From a virus (lineage: Duplodnaviria > Caudoviricetes), in the IMG/VR virus record IMGVR_UViG_2519899680_000008, positions 1 through 64,000 of that record: a DNA stretch of 64,000 nt. One strand, written 5' to 3'. Positions 9,132 through 18,507 of this stretch are shown here, in pieces (the stretch's first letter is position 1; every line of letters begins with the position of its first letter). Position numbers and translations under genes: made by a program. The notes under the pieces are model-generated. The model was not told the origin of the DNA. It searched no databases and saw nothing but the letters and a program-made list of their open reading frames with translations.

Positions 9132-9162
9132 AGGTATAGTGCCGGTTCCTGCAGCAAGGTTT
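9132..9162 (-). promoter_or_regulatory. Putative phage-sigma promoter (AAACC-N18-CTATACCT) for primase/dnaE
   Basis: Variant copy of the bipartite motif, 4 nt from the ATG. Confidence 0.55.
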
Positions 9163-9284
9163 GAGAAAGGTCCGAAAAAATGAGGGACTCCACGGAAGAC
9201 CGGTACGGGACTGGCAAAGGAGAGCCGGAAAAACGGGCTTTTTATTCAATTTAATTGTCGTAGTGAATAAAAGGTCGTGTTTTT

Positions 9285-9395
9285 ATGCAGTACAAGCTGA
9301 TTACTTGGGATACGGACGAGGTTACGGAATACAAGGGGCGCACGGTAAAGAACGTGCCGGTCCGGTATCTTTTCATCCCTGTTCAGACCCGATGA
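9285..9395 (+). pseudogene. Remnant resembling the C-terminus of AAA_14/DUF4143 ATP-binding proteins
   Basis: Translates to MQYKLITWDTDEVTEYKGRTVKNVPVRYLFIPVQTR; resemblance judged by eye. Confidence 0.35.
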
Positions 9396-9561
9396 CCGCC
9401 TCCTGCAAATGAAGATATCGGAATTTGCGGCGTGGTTACTGGTGAAACTGCGGACAGGATGATACAAAGGTTCCTGTATTTACAAGCAGGCAGCCTTTGT
9501 GTATTTTAGAAACATTTGTGCAGGAATGCTGAAAGCATCCGTTTTCAATATGCCTTCTTCT

Positions 9562-9672
9562 TTATTGTGTCACGAACACCCTCCAGCTTCCATTCTTCTC
9601 TCCGCGCTCTACATACCTCTTGGAAATCAGCTGAACCGATAAGTTTCTGTATAGCAGTCACGCTGATGCCCA
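9562..9672 (-). pseudogene. Frameshifted winged-HTH C-terminal remnant
   Basis: MGISVTAIQKLI / frameshift / QLISKRYVERGEKNGSWRVFVTQ* reads as an HTH recognition helix plus wing. Confidence 0.4.
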
Positions 9673-9812
9673 TTTCCTCTTTTTCAGAAAATAACGAAAA
9701 GGTTGTAGCGATACAACCTCTTATTCAAATAATCTGGTCTAAACCGATACCTACCTATGAAAATAATGCGAATAATAGCAAAGTAACTGTAAAGAATAAA
9801 GACACAGAATAT

Positions 9813-9842
9813 TTTGGTACTTAGAATCTTTTACTACCTTTG
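9813..9842 (+). promoter_or_regulatory. Bacteroidetes sigma-A type promoter (TTTG-N18-TACCTTTG)
   Basis: Matches the -33 TTTG / -7 TAnnTTTG consensus. Confidence 0.65.
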
Positions 9843-9848
9843 CAACAT

Positions 9849-9898
9849 TAGAACCTGCCAAGCCTCTTAACAATGCTCAAATCGGCGGGTCGTTTTTT
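9849..9898 (+). ncRNA. Small structured RNA, possibly abiF-like motif
   Basis: ACCTGCC/GGCGGGT stem enclosing AAGCCTCTTAACAATGCTCAAATC, then a U-tract, directly after a promoter; family call from recollection only. Confidence 0.35.
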
Positions 9899-9914
9899 AT
9901 AAATCATATACATA

Positions 9915-10244
9915 ATGTTCATGGTCAGTGAAGCCCATCCTTTTTATTTGAGGAACGGACGGCTCTCAAGAATAATGATGAATGCGGAACTTGTGAAAGC
10001 AGACCAGACAAGAATTATCGTCCCCACTGTTTTCAGGGAAGACTACATACTGTCATTGCGCAAGTTGACCCGTCAGAAAGACCCGTCTGCATATATTGTA
10101 ATGACCAAATTACAACATTTCAGTGACAACCTGTACGGAACCGATTTCAAGGAACTGATGGAATACCTTGCAGCCTGCAATGCCTATGATGAGCCTTCGC
10201 AGGCAAAACTGGAAATCATAGACAGGACTATTAATAAATTATAA
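9915..10244 (+). pseudogene. Truncated Fic-domain protein with degenerate motif
   Basis: HPFYLRNGRLSRIMMN versus Fic consensus HPFxDGNGRxxR; N-terminal part of the domain missing. Confidence 0.7.
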
Positions 10245-10331
10245 TCGCAGAAATTTGTCATTTCGACGAGATTAGTCGCAAAAATTTGTCATATCCCGCA
10301 AAAAAGGAAGATTTACCCGCAAAAATTTGCC
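10245..10331. repeat. Four imperfect direct repeats of YCGCARAAATTTGTCA
   Basis: Copies at 10245, 10276, 10295 (partial) and 10316. Confidence 0.75.
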
Positions 10332-10333
10332 GG

Positions 10334-11689
10334 TCATTCCCTGTTCAGTCCCAATGACCGCTTCCCGTCGTAGAAGACCTCGTTGTCATAGTCCGTGGCA
10401 ATCTTGATGGTGTCCCCCTTCTTGAAGAAACGGCTCTTGGCCACGTGCAGCCGCATCACGTTCTCTTTCCGTTCCGCCGATGACTGGTTGAGCGAAATCA
10501 GGTGGGTACACGGCCGTGCCAGCCCTTTCGCCTCCGAACAGTTGTACTCGGTCAGCACGTTCCTCTCGTCATTGAGCCACTCCCTGTCCTCGATGGTGGA
10601 CTGGTATGTAACCACGATCCATACTTTCTCGTCAGCGGCGAGGTCTTTCAGGTCATTGGCCACGGCAATACGTTTCGCCCGTTCATGGTCCGCTCCCCAT
10701 GAACGGCGGTTGGCATCCGTCAGCAGGTCCATCGAATCCACGATCACGATGTCCGGGTTATGCCCTTTGAGCTTGCGGTATTCCGAAATCCCGTTCTTGA
10801 TGTCGAGGGTGGACACCTGCGCGTTGAAACGCGGATAGCTACGCACGGTGATGCTTCCCGCGTAGGAGGCGACCAGCTTTTCAAGGTGCCGCATTTCCGT
10901 GTCCGAAATCTTTCCTCTCTCGAAATAGTAGGCGTTCCGGGAAATCAGCCCTCCCGAATAGGCGTTCAGCGCCTCGTCCTCCGAACCCTCCAACTGGAAA
11001 TGCAGCACATGCAGCCCGTCATCGATGTTCGCACGTACCCCTATCCATTTGGCGATATGGGATTTTCCCACTCCCGTGGAGGCCAGGAAGCAGGTCAGCT
11101 GTCCCCGCAGGTTCCTTCCCGCATTGAGTGCATCCAGGTACGGGATATAGAAACGGGACACTCGGGGCGAGGCGGAGCGTTCCTCTTCCTCCTCCCTGCG
11201 CCTGTTCCGTTCGAAGCGCTCCGTGAAGGTCTCTGCCACATCGATGAAAGACGAGCTTTTCAGCGTGAATCCCGACAGCCATTCGGCATACTCCCTGAGC
11301 GTCTTTTCCGCCTTGTCCTGCCGGTTCTCGTTATACAGCCTGCCGACCTCGGCATAGACCGCCTGCAGCCGGACTCTCTTGATGTAGGATTCCAGCATGT
11401 CGGTCATCACTTCGGCGCTCTGCCCCTCGTCGTATTCCCTGAACGTGTCGATCAGCTCGATGGCATCGTAATCCTCCTGGAAAGTCTGTGTAAGGACAGC
11501 GTATGACGGAGGGGACTTGTAGGTGCGGAAATGGACGGCGATAGCCTCCTGTACCCGCTGGAAGGAACGGTCCGGAAGGTACTCCTTGCGCATGTGGCGG
11601 GAGAGGACGGCACACAGAGGCTCCTGCCTGAGTGCCGTGGCGTAGAGCTCGTACAGGAACTCGGCGCTAAGCGGGTTGGTCGTGCTCAT
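10334..11689 (-). CDS. dnaB: Replicative DnaB-like helicase
   Basis: Walker A ASTGVGKS, HFQLEG, Walker B IVIVDSMDLL, VTYQS, VAKSR. Confidence 0.88.
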   Translation of the reverse strand: MSTTNPLSAEFLYELYATALRQEPLCAVLSRHMRKEYLPDRSFQRVQEAIAVHFRTYKSPPSYAVLTQTFQEDYDAIELIDTFREYDEGQSAEVMTDMLESYIKRVRLQAVYAEVGRLYNENRQDKAEKTLREYAEWLSGFTLKSSSFIDVAETFTERFERNRRREEEEERSASPRVSRFYIPYLDALNAGRNLRGQLTCFLASTGVGKSHIAKWIGVRANIDDGLHVLHFQLEGSEDEALNAYSGGLISRNAYYFERGKISDTEMRHLEKLVASYAGSITVRSYPRFNAQVSTLDIKNGISEYRKLKGHNPDIVIVDSMDLLTDANRRSWGADHERAKRIAVANDLKDLAADEKVWIVVTYQSTIEDREWLNDERNVLTEYNCSEAKGLARPCTHLISLNQSSAERKENVMRLHVAKSRFFKKGDTIKIATDYDNEVFYDGKRSLGLNRE

Positions 11690-12303
11690 GGCCGTGCCTC
11701 CTTTTTCAGCCAGGCTTCACACCGCAGGCGGAACAGTTCCGGGTAGATGGCCTCCGTCCGCCGGCGGCATTCTCCGGACCTCCGGCACTTGCCGCATGAG
11801 GGAGAAAAGGGTGTCCAGAGCAACGTGGAAAGGGCACAAACGACATAGCCTGCCTCGGTGGAGAGCAGGCGGCGCTTGGTCCTTTCCTCGTATTCGGGAT
11901 AGATGAAACGGTCGAGCGGATGACGGCTCCGGTCGATGACCATGCCCGCCAGGGCGGGCCTTGAAAGCCCGTGGCTTTCAAGCCAGCGGTCTTCATGGTA
12001 CCTGCGTCCCTTTCCGGAACACAGATAACGGCGGACAGCCTTTTCCCCGAAGGAATGCGAGACATTCCACCGCCGGCGGTAAGACGTCCCGTATCCGGAC
12101 AGGGTATATGCCTGGCAGATACAGAAATCCGCCAGGCGTTCCCCGCTGACGGACACGACCTCCCGGCACAGGAGGTCGAAGCATGTCCCCAACTGCCTCC
12201 CGCCCCGTCCCCCGGCGGGAAAAGTGAAATCCGCCCACACGGCAGCGCGGACAAGCCGGGCAAAGAGCCTGCGGCAACCGTCAATCCACTCTTTTCTCTC
12301 CAT
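11686..12303 (-). CDS. Hypothetical protein (205 aa, Cys-containing C-terminus)
   Basis: Overlaps the sigma stop and helicase start, co-oriented. Confidence 0.65.
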   Translation of the reverse strand: MERKEWIDGCRRLFARLVRAAVWADFTFPAGGRGGRQLGTCFDLLCREVVSVSGERLADFCICQAYTLSGYGTSYRRRWNVSHSFGEKAVRRYLCSGKGRRYHEDRWLESHGLSRPALAGMVIDRSRHPLDRFIYPEYEERTKRRLLSTEAGYVVCALSTLLWTPFSPSCGKCRRSGECRRRTEAIYPELFRLRCEAWLKKEARP

Positions 12304-12895
12304 CCTCTGTCAGAAGTTTACGCAGCTGCGCCTTGGCCAGGAACAGGCGGCTCTTGACCGTCTCGATGTTCAGTGTCCGGAGCGTGCCGTTACGGTACGT
12401 GATTTCCATGATTTCCCCGATCTTGTAGCCGGCCTGCTGGAGCAGGAAGGCTTCGCGGTAGATAGGTTTCAGACGGTCGAGCGCCCACAGGATAGCGTCG
12501 TTGTAGAACTCCCGGTAATTGTCCATCCCCATCCTGTTTCCCGAAGGTTCCGTCTCGTCGAGCAGCGAGGAGGACACCTCCCGTATGTCCACGTTCTCGT
12601 CTGCCGGCAGGCGGTTCCTGTTCCGGTTGTTCAGGTCGGCTATGAGCCGTTTCGTCACGGCATATATCCATGTCTTCACGGGACGCTCCGGGTTGTAGCT
12701 GTCCATGTACTTGAAAAAGTTCGCGAGAGCCTCTATATAGTTGTCCTCGATGTCCTCCCGGTTATAGGTGTACTTGATACAGATACTGTATATCAGGTTC
12801 CTGTGCGGCATCACATGTTTTTCCAGGAGTGCCGCCCTCCGCCTTACGGACTCCTCCGATGAGGAGTCCGCCCCTAAGATGTTTTTCTTTTCCAC
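12281..12895 (-). CDS. Phage-encoded ECF-type sigma-70 factor
   Basis: Region 2 (IYSICIKYTYNREDIEDNYIEA...KTWIYAVTKR) and region 4 (ALDRLKPIYREAFLL...ETVKSRLFLAKAQL). Confidence 0.9.
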   Translation of the reverse strand: MEKKNILGADSSSEESVRRRAALLEKHVMPHRNLIYSICIKYTYNREDIEDNYIEALANFFKYMDSYNPERPVKTWIYAVTKRLIADLNNRNRNRLPADENVDIREVSSSLLDETEPSGNRMGMDNYREFYNDAILWALDRLKPIYREAFLLQQAGYKIGEIMEITYRNGTLRTLNIETVKSRLFLAKAQLRKLLTEDGEKRVD

Positions 12896-13014
12896 ACTTT
12901 CACTGACTGAAAAGATTGATACTGAATCTGGTGTCCTAATCTGTCAGCTACGGTGAGCATCATTTTACAATCTTACGGTTTCATCATGTACGGCAGCGTT
13001 TTTCAGCCTGTCCC

Positions 13015-15339
13015 TCAGCTCTCTATCCTCGACTCTCCGTTCTCCTTCGTCACGACCAGCCTGTGCGGATAGCCCTCCGCCACGTTGCCGTGGGAGACGA
13101 CCATCACGGTACCGCCAAGGGCATTCAGGGCTTCGAACATCGAGGCCAGTCCCGCCTCGTCCACGGCTTCCAGAATCTCGTCCAGCACCAGCAGGTCGAG
13201 TCCCTTGCCCTCCTCGCAATTGGCGTTCACGAGTTTCTGCATGGCCAGGATGGTGGCCAGGTTCACACGGGCCGCCTCTCCGGCAGAGAACTTCCCGAAA
13301 GAGCCGCAGTCCATGCCGTCCCGCAGGAGCGAAATGGAGATCTTCTCCCGTACCTTCCCACTTTTGAGGACGGTATACCCGTCGAAACGGATACGGATAT
13401 CACTGCCTATGCCCGCCAGGAACTCGTTGGTAACCCGTCCCAGCGCTTCTATCTTCGTGTTGGCCAGGTAGGTCTTGAACTGCACGAAACGCTCCTTCTG
13501 TATTTCCAACGCCCGGATACGGGCATCTATGCCGAGCTTGCGTTCCGCTGCCGCGTTCGCTTTCACACGTGTCTCCCTGAGTGCCGCCTTCAAGGAAATG
13601 ACCATGTCGTTTCCCGATGATTCGTTCACTTCCCTGATTGTCGCCTGCAAGGTTTCTATGGCACATTCCGCGGCGCGTATATCTTCTTTTGCCGCGCGTA
13701 TCTCCCTGTCTATGGCGGCATGGCGGTCATCCACAAACCCGAACACCTCGTCGAACACCTTGCGGCGTATGCCCTCGATGTCGTTCCGGAGGGTGGCGAT
13801 TCCGGCCGCGATGCGTCCCCGATCATGCCCGGCATTCTCCACCCGCAGAGAGGTGTTGCGTACATCCCGCTCGTGTTCCGCCAGTTGCCGTTCCATGCGG
13901 TCCCGCTCACCGTCCAACATTCTGCGGTCATTGTTCAGTCGCGCCTGCCGGCGTTCCATCTCCTCGTTCTCCTTCTGACGGGTGTCGATACCGGCATTGA
14001 TTTCCCCCAGCTGCCGCTGCCGCAGCCCGAGCTCCTTCATCCCTTCCGCGATGTCGAACCCGGGATGCGCCACCAAAAACTCATGCCCGCAGGAAGGGCA
14101 TTTGATAGACCCGGCCAGCTTGTTGGACAACTCGTCGATACCGGCGGAAACGACGCGTCTTTTGTGCCGCAGTTCCTCTATGCGCGAGGCAAGGTCCCGC
14201 AACCGGTTATCCATTTCCTGCAAAGCCCCGGCGGTTGCCGCGGATTTCTCCCGGTAGTCCTCATGGAACGCGGCGAACCCGGCTTTGAACAGTTCCCAGG
14301 CTTTCCGCTTTCCTTCGAGTTCCTTTTCGAGAGAGCACAAGACGCGGTCATGCTCATCCAGCCGTGCCTCGGCCGCCCGAAGGCTTTCCTTTTTGGCGGC
14401 TACCGCCCCGTTCCAGTCCGTCTGTCCGGCCCCCGGGAAGAGCGGCATGAATTTTCCGATGCCTTTCAGGCACTCTTCCAGCGGGGCGTCGCCGCCCTCC
14501 AGTTCCTGCAAGGCTTCATCCGCCCGGCGTATCTCCTCGGCCTGCCGTTCACAGGCGGCAACAGTCCCGGTCCTGTCACGCATCAGGGCACGTTTTGACG
14601 CGATGGACGCTTCCAGCTCCCGGATGCGGTTCTCGCGGGTACGCCCGCGTTCGGCTCCTGCCTCTTCCTCCTTGCGGATCTGCTCCAGCAGCATCTCCAC
14701 CCGTCCGTCCATTCCGGCCAGTTCCAATGCCGCCTCCCGCTGTTCCCCGGACAACGGCTCCATGTCCGCTTCCACGCGGGCAATGGCTTCATCCACCAGG
14801 ATACCGTTGGAGAAACGGTTGATGATTTCCTTCTTCTCCTTGTCCGAGGAGGAAAGGAAATCCTCGTAGCGGTATTTGGAGAGGATGAAATTGTTCAGTA
14901 GCTCGTCCCTCGTGATGCCGAGTTTTTCCAGGATATACCTGTTGTACGCATCGACAGAGGGCTGTACGGCTTCATCCGTCGTTACTTCCTTTCCTCCACG
15001 GTACAGGATACAGGCGACGGACGATGCCCCCTTTCTCGGGATACGGCGCCGTATTTCCATCTCCTCCTCATCGGCATCATTGACGAAATGCAGCCTGATG
15101 CGGCATTCCTCCGCCGTGTCGTTGATAATTTCCTCCGAGCGGATTTTCCTTAGCGGGCTGCCCGTGATGCCCACGGCAATGCATTCCAGCAGGGCGGATT
15201 TCCCGGCCCCGTTCGACTGCTGGGAATCGTTGTCCCGATTATCCCCGAAAATCAGGGTGGTCACCCCCTGGTGCGGCGTGTATGCCAGCGAGCGGAAAGC
15301 GCACAGGTTTTCCGCTTCTATAAGTTTCAGTTTCCACAT
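13015..15339 (-). CDS. sbcC: SbcC/Rad50-like SMC ATPase
   Basis: Walker A NGAGKS, coiled coil with CPSCG Zn hook, FSAGE signature, LVLDE Walker B, VVSH; start reassigned to ATG 15339. Confidence 0.9.
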   Translation of the reverse strand: MWKLKLIEAENLCAFRSLAYTPHQGVTTLIFGDNRDNDSQQSNGAGKSALLECIAVGITGSPLRKIRSEEIINDTAEECRIRLHFVNDADEEEMEIRRRIPRKGASSVACILYRGGKEVTTDEAVQPSVDAYNRYILEKLGITRDELLNNFILSKYRYEDFLSSSDKEKKEIINRFSNGILVDEAIARVEADMEPLSGEQREAALELAGMDGRVEMLLEQIRKEEEAGAERGRTRENRIRELEASIASKRALMRDRTGTVAACERQAEEIRRADEALQELEGGDAPLEECLKGIGKFMPLFPGAGQTDWNGAVAAKKESLRAAEARLDEHDRVLCSLEKELEGKRKAWELFKAGFAAFHEDYREKSAATAGALQEMDNRLRDLASRIEELRHKRRVVSAGIDELSNKLAGSIKCPSCGHEFLVAHPGFDIAEGMKELGLRQRQLGEINAGIDTRQKENEEMERRQARLNNDRRMLDGERDRMERQLAEHERDVRNTSLRVENAGHDRGRIAAGIATLRNDIEGIRRKVFDEVFGFVDDRHAAIDREIRAAKEDIRAAECAIETLQATIREVNESSGNDMVISLKAALRETRVKANAAAERKLGIDARIRALEIQKERFVQFKTYLANTKIEALGRVTNEFLAGIGSDIRIRFDGYTVLKSGKVREKISISLLRDGMDCGSFGKFSAGEAARVNLATILAMQKLVNANCEEGKGLDLLVLDEILEAVDEAGLASMFEALNALGGTVMVVSHGNVAEGYPHRLVVTKENGESRIES

Positions 15340-16399
15340 GGTCTGTCCTCGATTTGATTTTAGATAAATATTCCAGTCCGGTCTCCACGTCCTCGATCCG
15401 CTTCTCCCGGCAGAATGTCTCGTAAGCCTCCCTGATACGGTGGCTGTCGAACTTCTCAAAGAGGGAAGAAGAGGCCGCTTCCACCGCCTGCTCGTCGTCC
15501 GCCACCAGCTCCACCTTGGCGGCACCCGCTTCCAGCAGGGCGTTCTTGTCCACGGTCTTCATCGCGGCAGCCGGGGCATGTACACGTACCTTGACCTTGT
15601 ACCTGCCGTCCGCCTCCATTTCCCTCAGCTCGTCCGCCAGATGCAGCCCGGCACACTCCACGGGCACATCCAGTACCCGGTAGCGGACATTCACCCTGTT
15701 CTTGATGAATTCATGCGAGCCGTCCGCGTGGAGAAGCGTGTAGCCTTTCTCCTCGTCCTCCCCGAAATTATGCTGGCGTGAAGAACCTATGTATTCGATA
15801 CGTGTGCGGGGGATGACCGTCCGGTTATGGTAATGGCCGACAAAGACCCGGTCGAACTCCCCGAATATCTTTACAGGCAGTTCCTTTTCCGAAGGCTGGG
15901 CAAGCGCCCCGTTGATGCCTTCGTGTACATAGAGAAAGTTCAGCCGTTCCTGATCGAGGGCCTCCTTTTTCAGCCGGGCGAGTTTTTCCGTGAAGGAGCC
16001 GTCTTCCGGAAAATATCCCATCAGGTGCATGACAAAAGACCATCCGGGATTTTCTATCCTGGAATACTCGTCCACCACGGACACGCCGGGGAAGCGGTCG
16101 AACACGTGGCAATAGCCCCGTACGGATTCCTGGTTTACCTTGTCATGGTTGCCTTCCGCCAGGGTGACATGCACCCCCTGGGCGGCGGCATCGAGCAGGA
16201 TGTCATGTACGGCAAGCAGCACGTCCAGTGTCTGTGCGGCACGGGAAAAGAAAAGGTCTCCGCCGACGGCGATTTCCTTCACCCCGTGTTCCCTGCAGAT
16301 GTCAAGCGCCTCCTGCCAGTTGGCGCGGAATGCGGGGATATTGTCCTTTGAGACATGGATGTCGTTCAATAGCAGCAGGCAGGGATTATTTCCTTTCAT
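15239..16399 (-). CDS. sbcD: SbcD/Mre11-like metallophosphoesterase nuclease
   Basis: DIH, GGDLF, GNHD, GHYH and YIGS motifs; adjacent to sbcC. Confidence 0.88.
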   Translation of the reverse strand: MKGNNPCLLLLNDIHVSKDNIPAFRANWQEALDICREHGVKEIAVGGDLFFSRAAQTLDVLLAVHDILLDAAAQGVHVTLAEGNHDKVNQESVRGYCHVFDRFPGVSVVDEYSRIENPGWSFVMHLMGYFPEDGSFTEKLARLKKEALDQERLNFLYVHEGINGALAQPSEKELPVKIFGEFDRVFVGHYHNRTVIPRTRIEYIGSSRQHNFGEDEEKGYTLLHADGSHEFIKNRVNVRYRVLDVPVECAGLHLADELREMEADGRYKVKVRVHAPAAAMKTVDKNALLEAGAAKVELVADDEQAVEAASSSLFEKFDSHRIREAYETFCREKRIEDVETGLEYLSKIKSRTDHVETETYRSGKPVRFPLAGIHAAPGGDHPDFRG

Positions 16400-16474
16400 A
16401 AGCGATTGTGTAAAAGGGCGGGAAACCTTGCGGCCTCCCGCCGTTCATACTGTTTTCTGTTCTCATGAAAGGTT

Positions 16475-17770
16475 TTATCTCCTGCGTCGCTGACGTTCCG
16501 GACGTTCTTCCGGCATATCCTCCGGGGCGTTCTCCGGGCCGCCCGTATCCTCTTGTCCGGTATCCCGGGTACGGTTCTCCTCTTCCCCGTATTCCTCGCC
16601 GCCGGCCGTATCCGGGGCATTCCCCAACGCTTCTTCTATCAGGTCGAGCAGGTCCTTGTTGGAAGTGGAACGGGTTACCCGTACCGGCAGCTTTTCCTGC
16701 TCGATGTAGGTGCGTATCAGGCCGCGCAGTTCCTGACCCTCCTCGGTTTTGTCCCCGATGCCCTGTTCCTGCAGCTCCTCGTAACGGTCGAAAAGGTCGT
16801 CCAGGGAGATGCCTCCCGTCCTGTTCCCGTTCTCCCGGCTGTCTTTCGTACGGCGGTCGAAGGAGAACTCGGAAGTATCCTCCTTGGGCAGTTCCCCGTT
16901 CAGCAGGTCGATGGCCTCCTGCATCTCGTCCGTGTCCATGATGTTCAGCCCGTACAGGCCGTCGCACTGCTTGAGGAACTCCACGGTAGCCCCGAGATGG
17001 TACCTGGAATAACGGCAGACGATTTCCGGAATACGGGCTGCCGCCATGAGCGCGGTCAGCTCCTCTTTTCCGAGCACCTCCACATCGGACTCGTTGTCGA
17101 TACTGATCACGTACTCCGTCTTGGCCCCGTTCTTCCGCTTCTCGATTTCCACCGGGTAGGCATTGTTAATGGAGGAGACGGGGCACGGATAGTCCGGATT
17201 TTTCTGCAGTTTCTTCTGCCACAGCTTGAATTTCTTTTCGTCCAGGTCCTTGAACTGGGCGTGGGAAAGGGTCAGCAGCTGGATACCCTTGGCCTTTTCG
17301 TTCATGTCGATGACATACATGGCGTGCCCGTAGCTGAAACGCAGCCCGCCGCCGAAAGAGCCCCCGTCGATTTTCTCCGCCAGCTTGTCGTCGCCCGCAT
17401 CCCTGGCGCAGGCTACCGCCAGCTTCCGGTAGGTGTCGATGATGTCCAGGCTGTAGCCCGCGTCCGTGGCCCGTGGGACAGTCACGTACATCTTGGCGGG
17501 CTTGTTGCCGCCTGAGGCGGGTTTCTCCAGTTCCAGCAGGAGCTGGTGGATGGGGAACTCATACCCGGGACGTGCCGCCGTGCCATCCGCGTTCGGGGCA
17601 AGCGGAAGGACGCGCAGCCGGTAGGTGCCCAGCTTGTCCATGCGGAAGAATTCCGTTTTGGCGAATGATTTGTTTTCCTCGATAGCCCGCTGCTGGGCTT
17701 CTGCGTAGGATTCCTGACTGGCAAGGAACAGGTCTTCGACCGACATGTTCCCCGTGTTTTCTTCTTGCAT
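16475..17770 (-). CDS. Putative ssDNA-binding protein (T4 gp32-like) with acidic tail
   Basis: FFRMDKLGTYRLRVLP N-terminal pattern, acidic C-terminus, first gene of the replication/recombination block. Confidence 0.5.
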   Translation of the reverse strand: MQEENTGNMSVEDLFLASQESYAEAQQRAIEENKSFAKTEFFRMDKLGTYRLRVLPLAPNADGTAARPGYEFPIHQLLLELEKPASGGNKPAKMYVTVPRATDAGYSLDIIDTYRKLAVACARDAGDDKLAEKIDGGSFGGGLRFSYGHAMYVIDMNEKAKGIQLLTLSHAQFKDLDEKKFKLWQKKLQKNPDYPCPVSSINNAYPVEIEKRKNGAKTEYVISIDNESDVEVLGKEELTALMAAARIPEIVCRYSRYHLGATVEFLKQCDGLYGLNIMDTDEMQEAIDLLNGELPKEDTSEFSFDRRTKDSRENGNRTGGISLDDLFDRYEELQEQGIGDKTEEGQELRGLIRTYIEQEKLPVRVTRSTSNKDLLDLIEEALGNAPDTAGGEEYGEEENRTRDTGQEDTGGPENAPEDMPEERPERQRRRR

Positions 17771-17945
17771 AACTGAAATGCTTTATGGGTTAAAGATGCC
17801 CGAAGAAACTGGAAGACATGGCAAACGGGTTCGGTTTCTCCGCTTGCTTCAACTGACAGGAATATTGCAAGACGTGTCTCGCTGACCGTACCCTGGAAAG
17901 GGTACTCATTTGACAATCTGGAAAAGGTCTTGAAGCGACTACCCG

Positions 17946-17953
17946 CAAAAATA
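17946..17953 (-). promoter_or_regulatory. Host-type -7 element (TATTTTTG) upstream of the replication block
   Basis: TAnnTTTG match about 175 nt upstream of the ATG; -33 element unclear. Confidence 0.4.
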
Positions 17954-18018
17954 GGGAATCGGGGGCACAAGACCATATATTCGTTTAGATTTTTCTCAAT
18001 ACGCTGTTTGCCAATTTA

Positions 18019-18507
18019 TTATATGATATTTTTAAGTATGCTTTTTAGTTCGTTCAGCCTTTTCTCGGGAGACTCCCCGCTTGTCCCGGACATTTGCAGC
18101 CGTTTCCTGTTCCGCCTGATGTATTCCTCCATTTTTACGCTGCGGATATGCTCGTAGTAGGCTTTCCTTTCGGGCGTGAGCAGTTTCCCGCGACGGCAAT
18201 AGACCCCGTCGCGTGCATACTCCTCGAGGTAACGCCGGAACTTGGGCTTGTCGCAGGATGTATCCGCTGCCGACCTTGCCACGGCCTCCACCACGCGCCA
18301 GTCCGGCTCGAACGGCTGCGCGGGGCAGAGCCTGTGGAGCAGGAAATAAACCACCGGCATCTCATACCTGAGCATGAACCCCAGCCGGGTCTGTTCAAAG
18401 GGAAACCGTTTCAGCGTCCCCCTTGGCCTTCCTTCTTCGCGTTTTCGCGGAGCCGGACGGGATACCGTCCTGGTCTGCCTCTTCCGTTCCTTTCTCTTCC
18501 GTTCCAT
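18019..18507 (-). CDS. Basic hypothetical protein (162 aa)
   Basis: ATG ORF, Lys/Arg-rich with a GRPRG AT-hook-like motif. Confidence 0.6.
   Translation of the reverse strand: MERKRKERKRQTRTVSRPAPRKREEGRPRGTLKRFPFEQTRLGFMLRYEMPVVYFLLHRLCPAQPFEPDWRVVEAVARSAADTSCDKPKFRRYLEEYARDGVYCRRGKLLTPERKAYYEHIRSVKMEEYIRRNRKRLQMSGTSGESPEKRLNELKSILKNII

Noticed and set aside
10245-10331. Mini CRISPR array
   Set aside because: Repeats are short and degenerate with irregular 2-14-nt gaps; no cas genes.
15239-15339. Programmed frameshift between sbcD and sbcC
   Set aside because: sbcC has its own ATG and no slippery heptamer was seen; the 100-nt overlap is more simply a run-on C-terminus.
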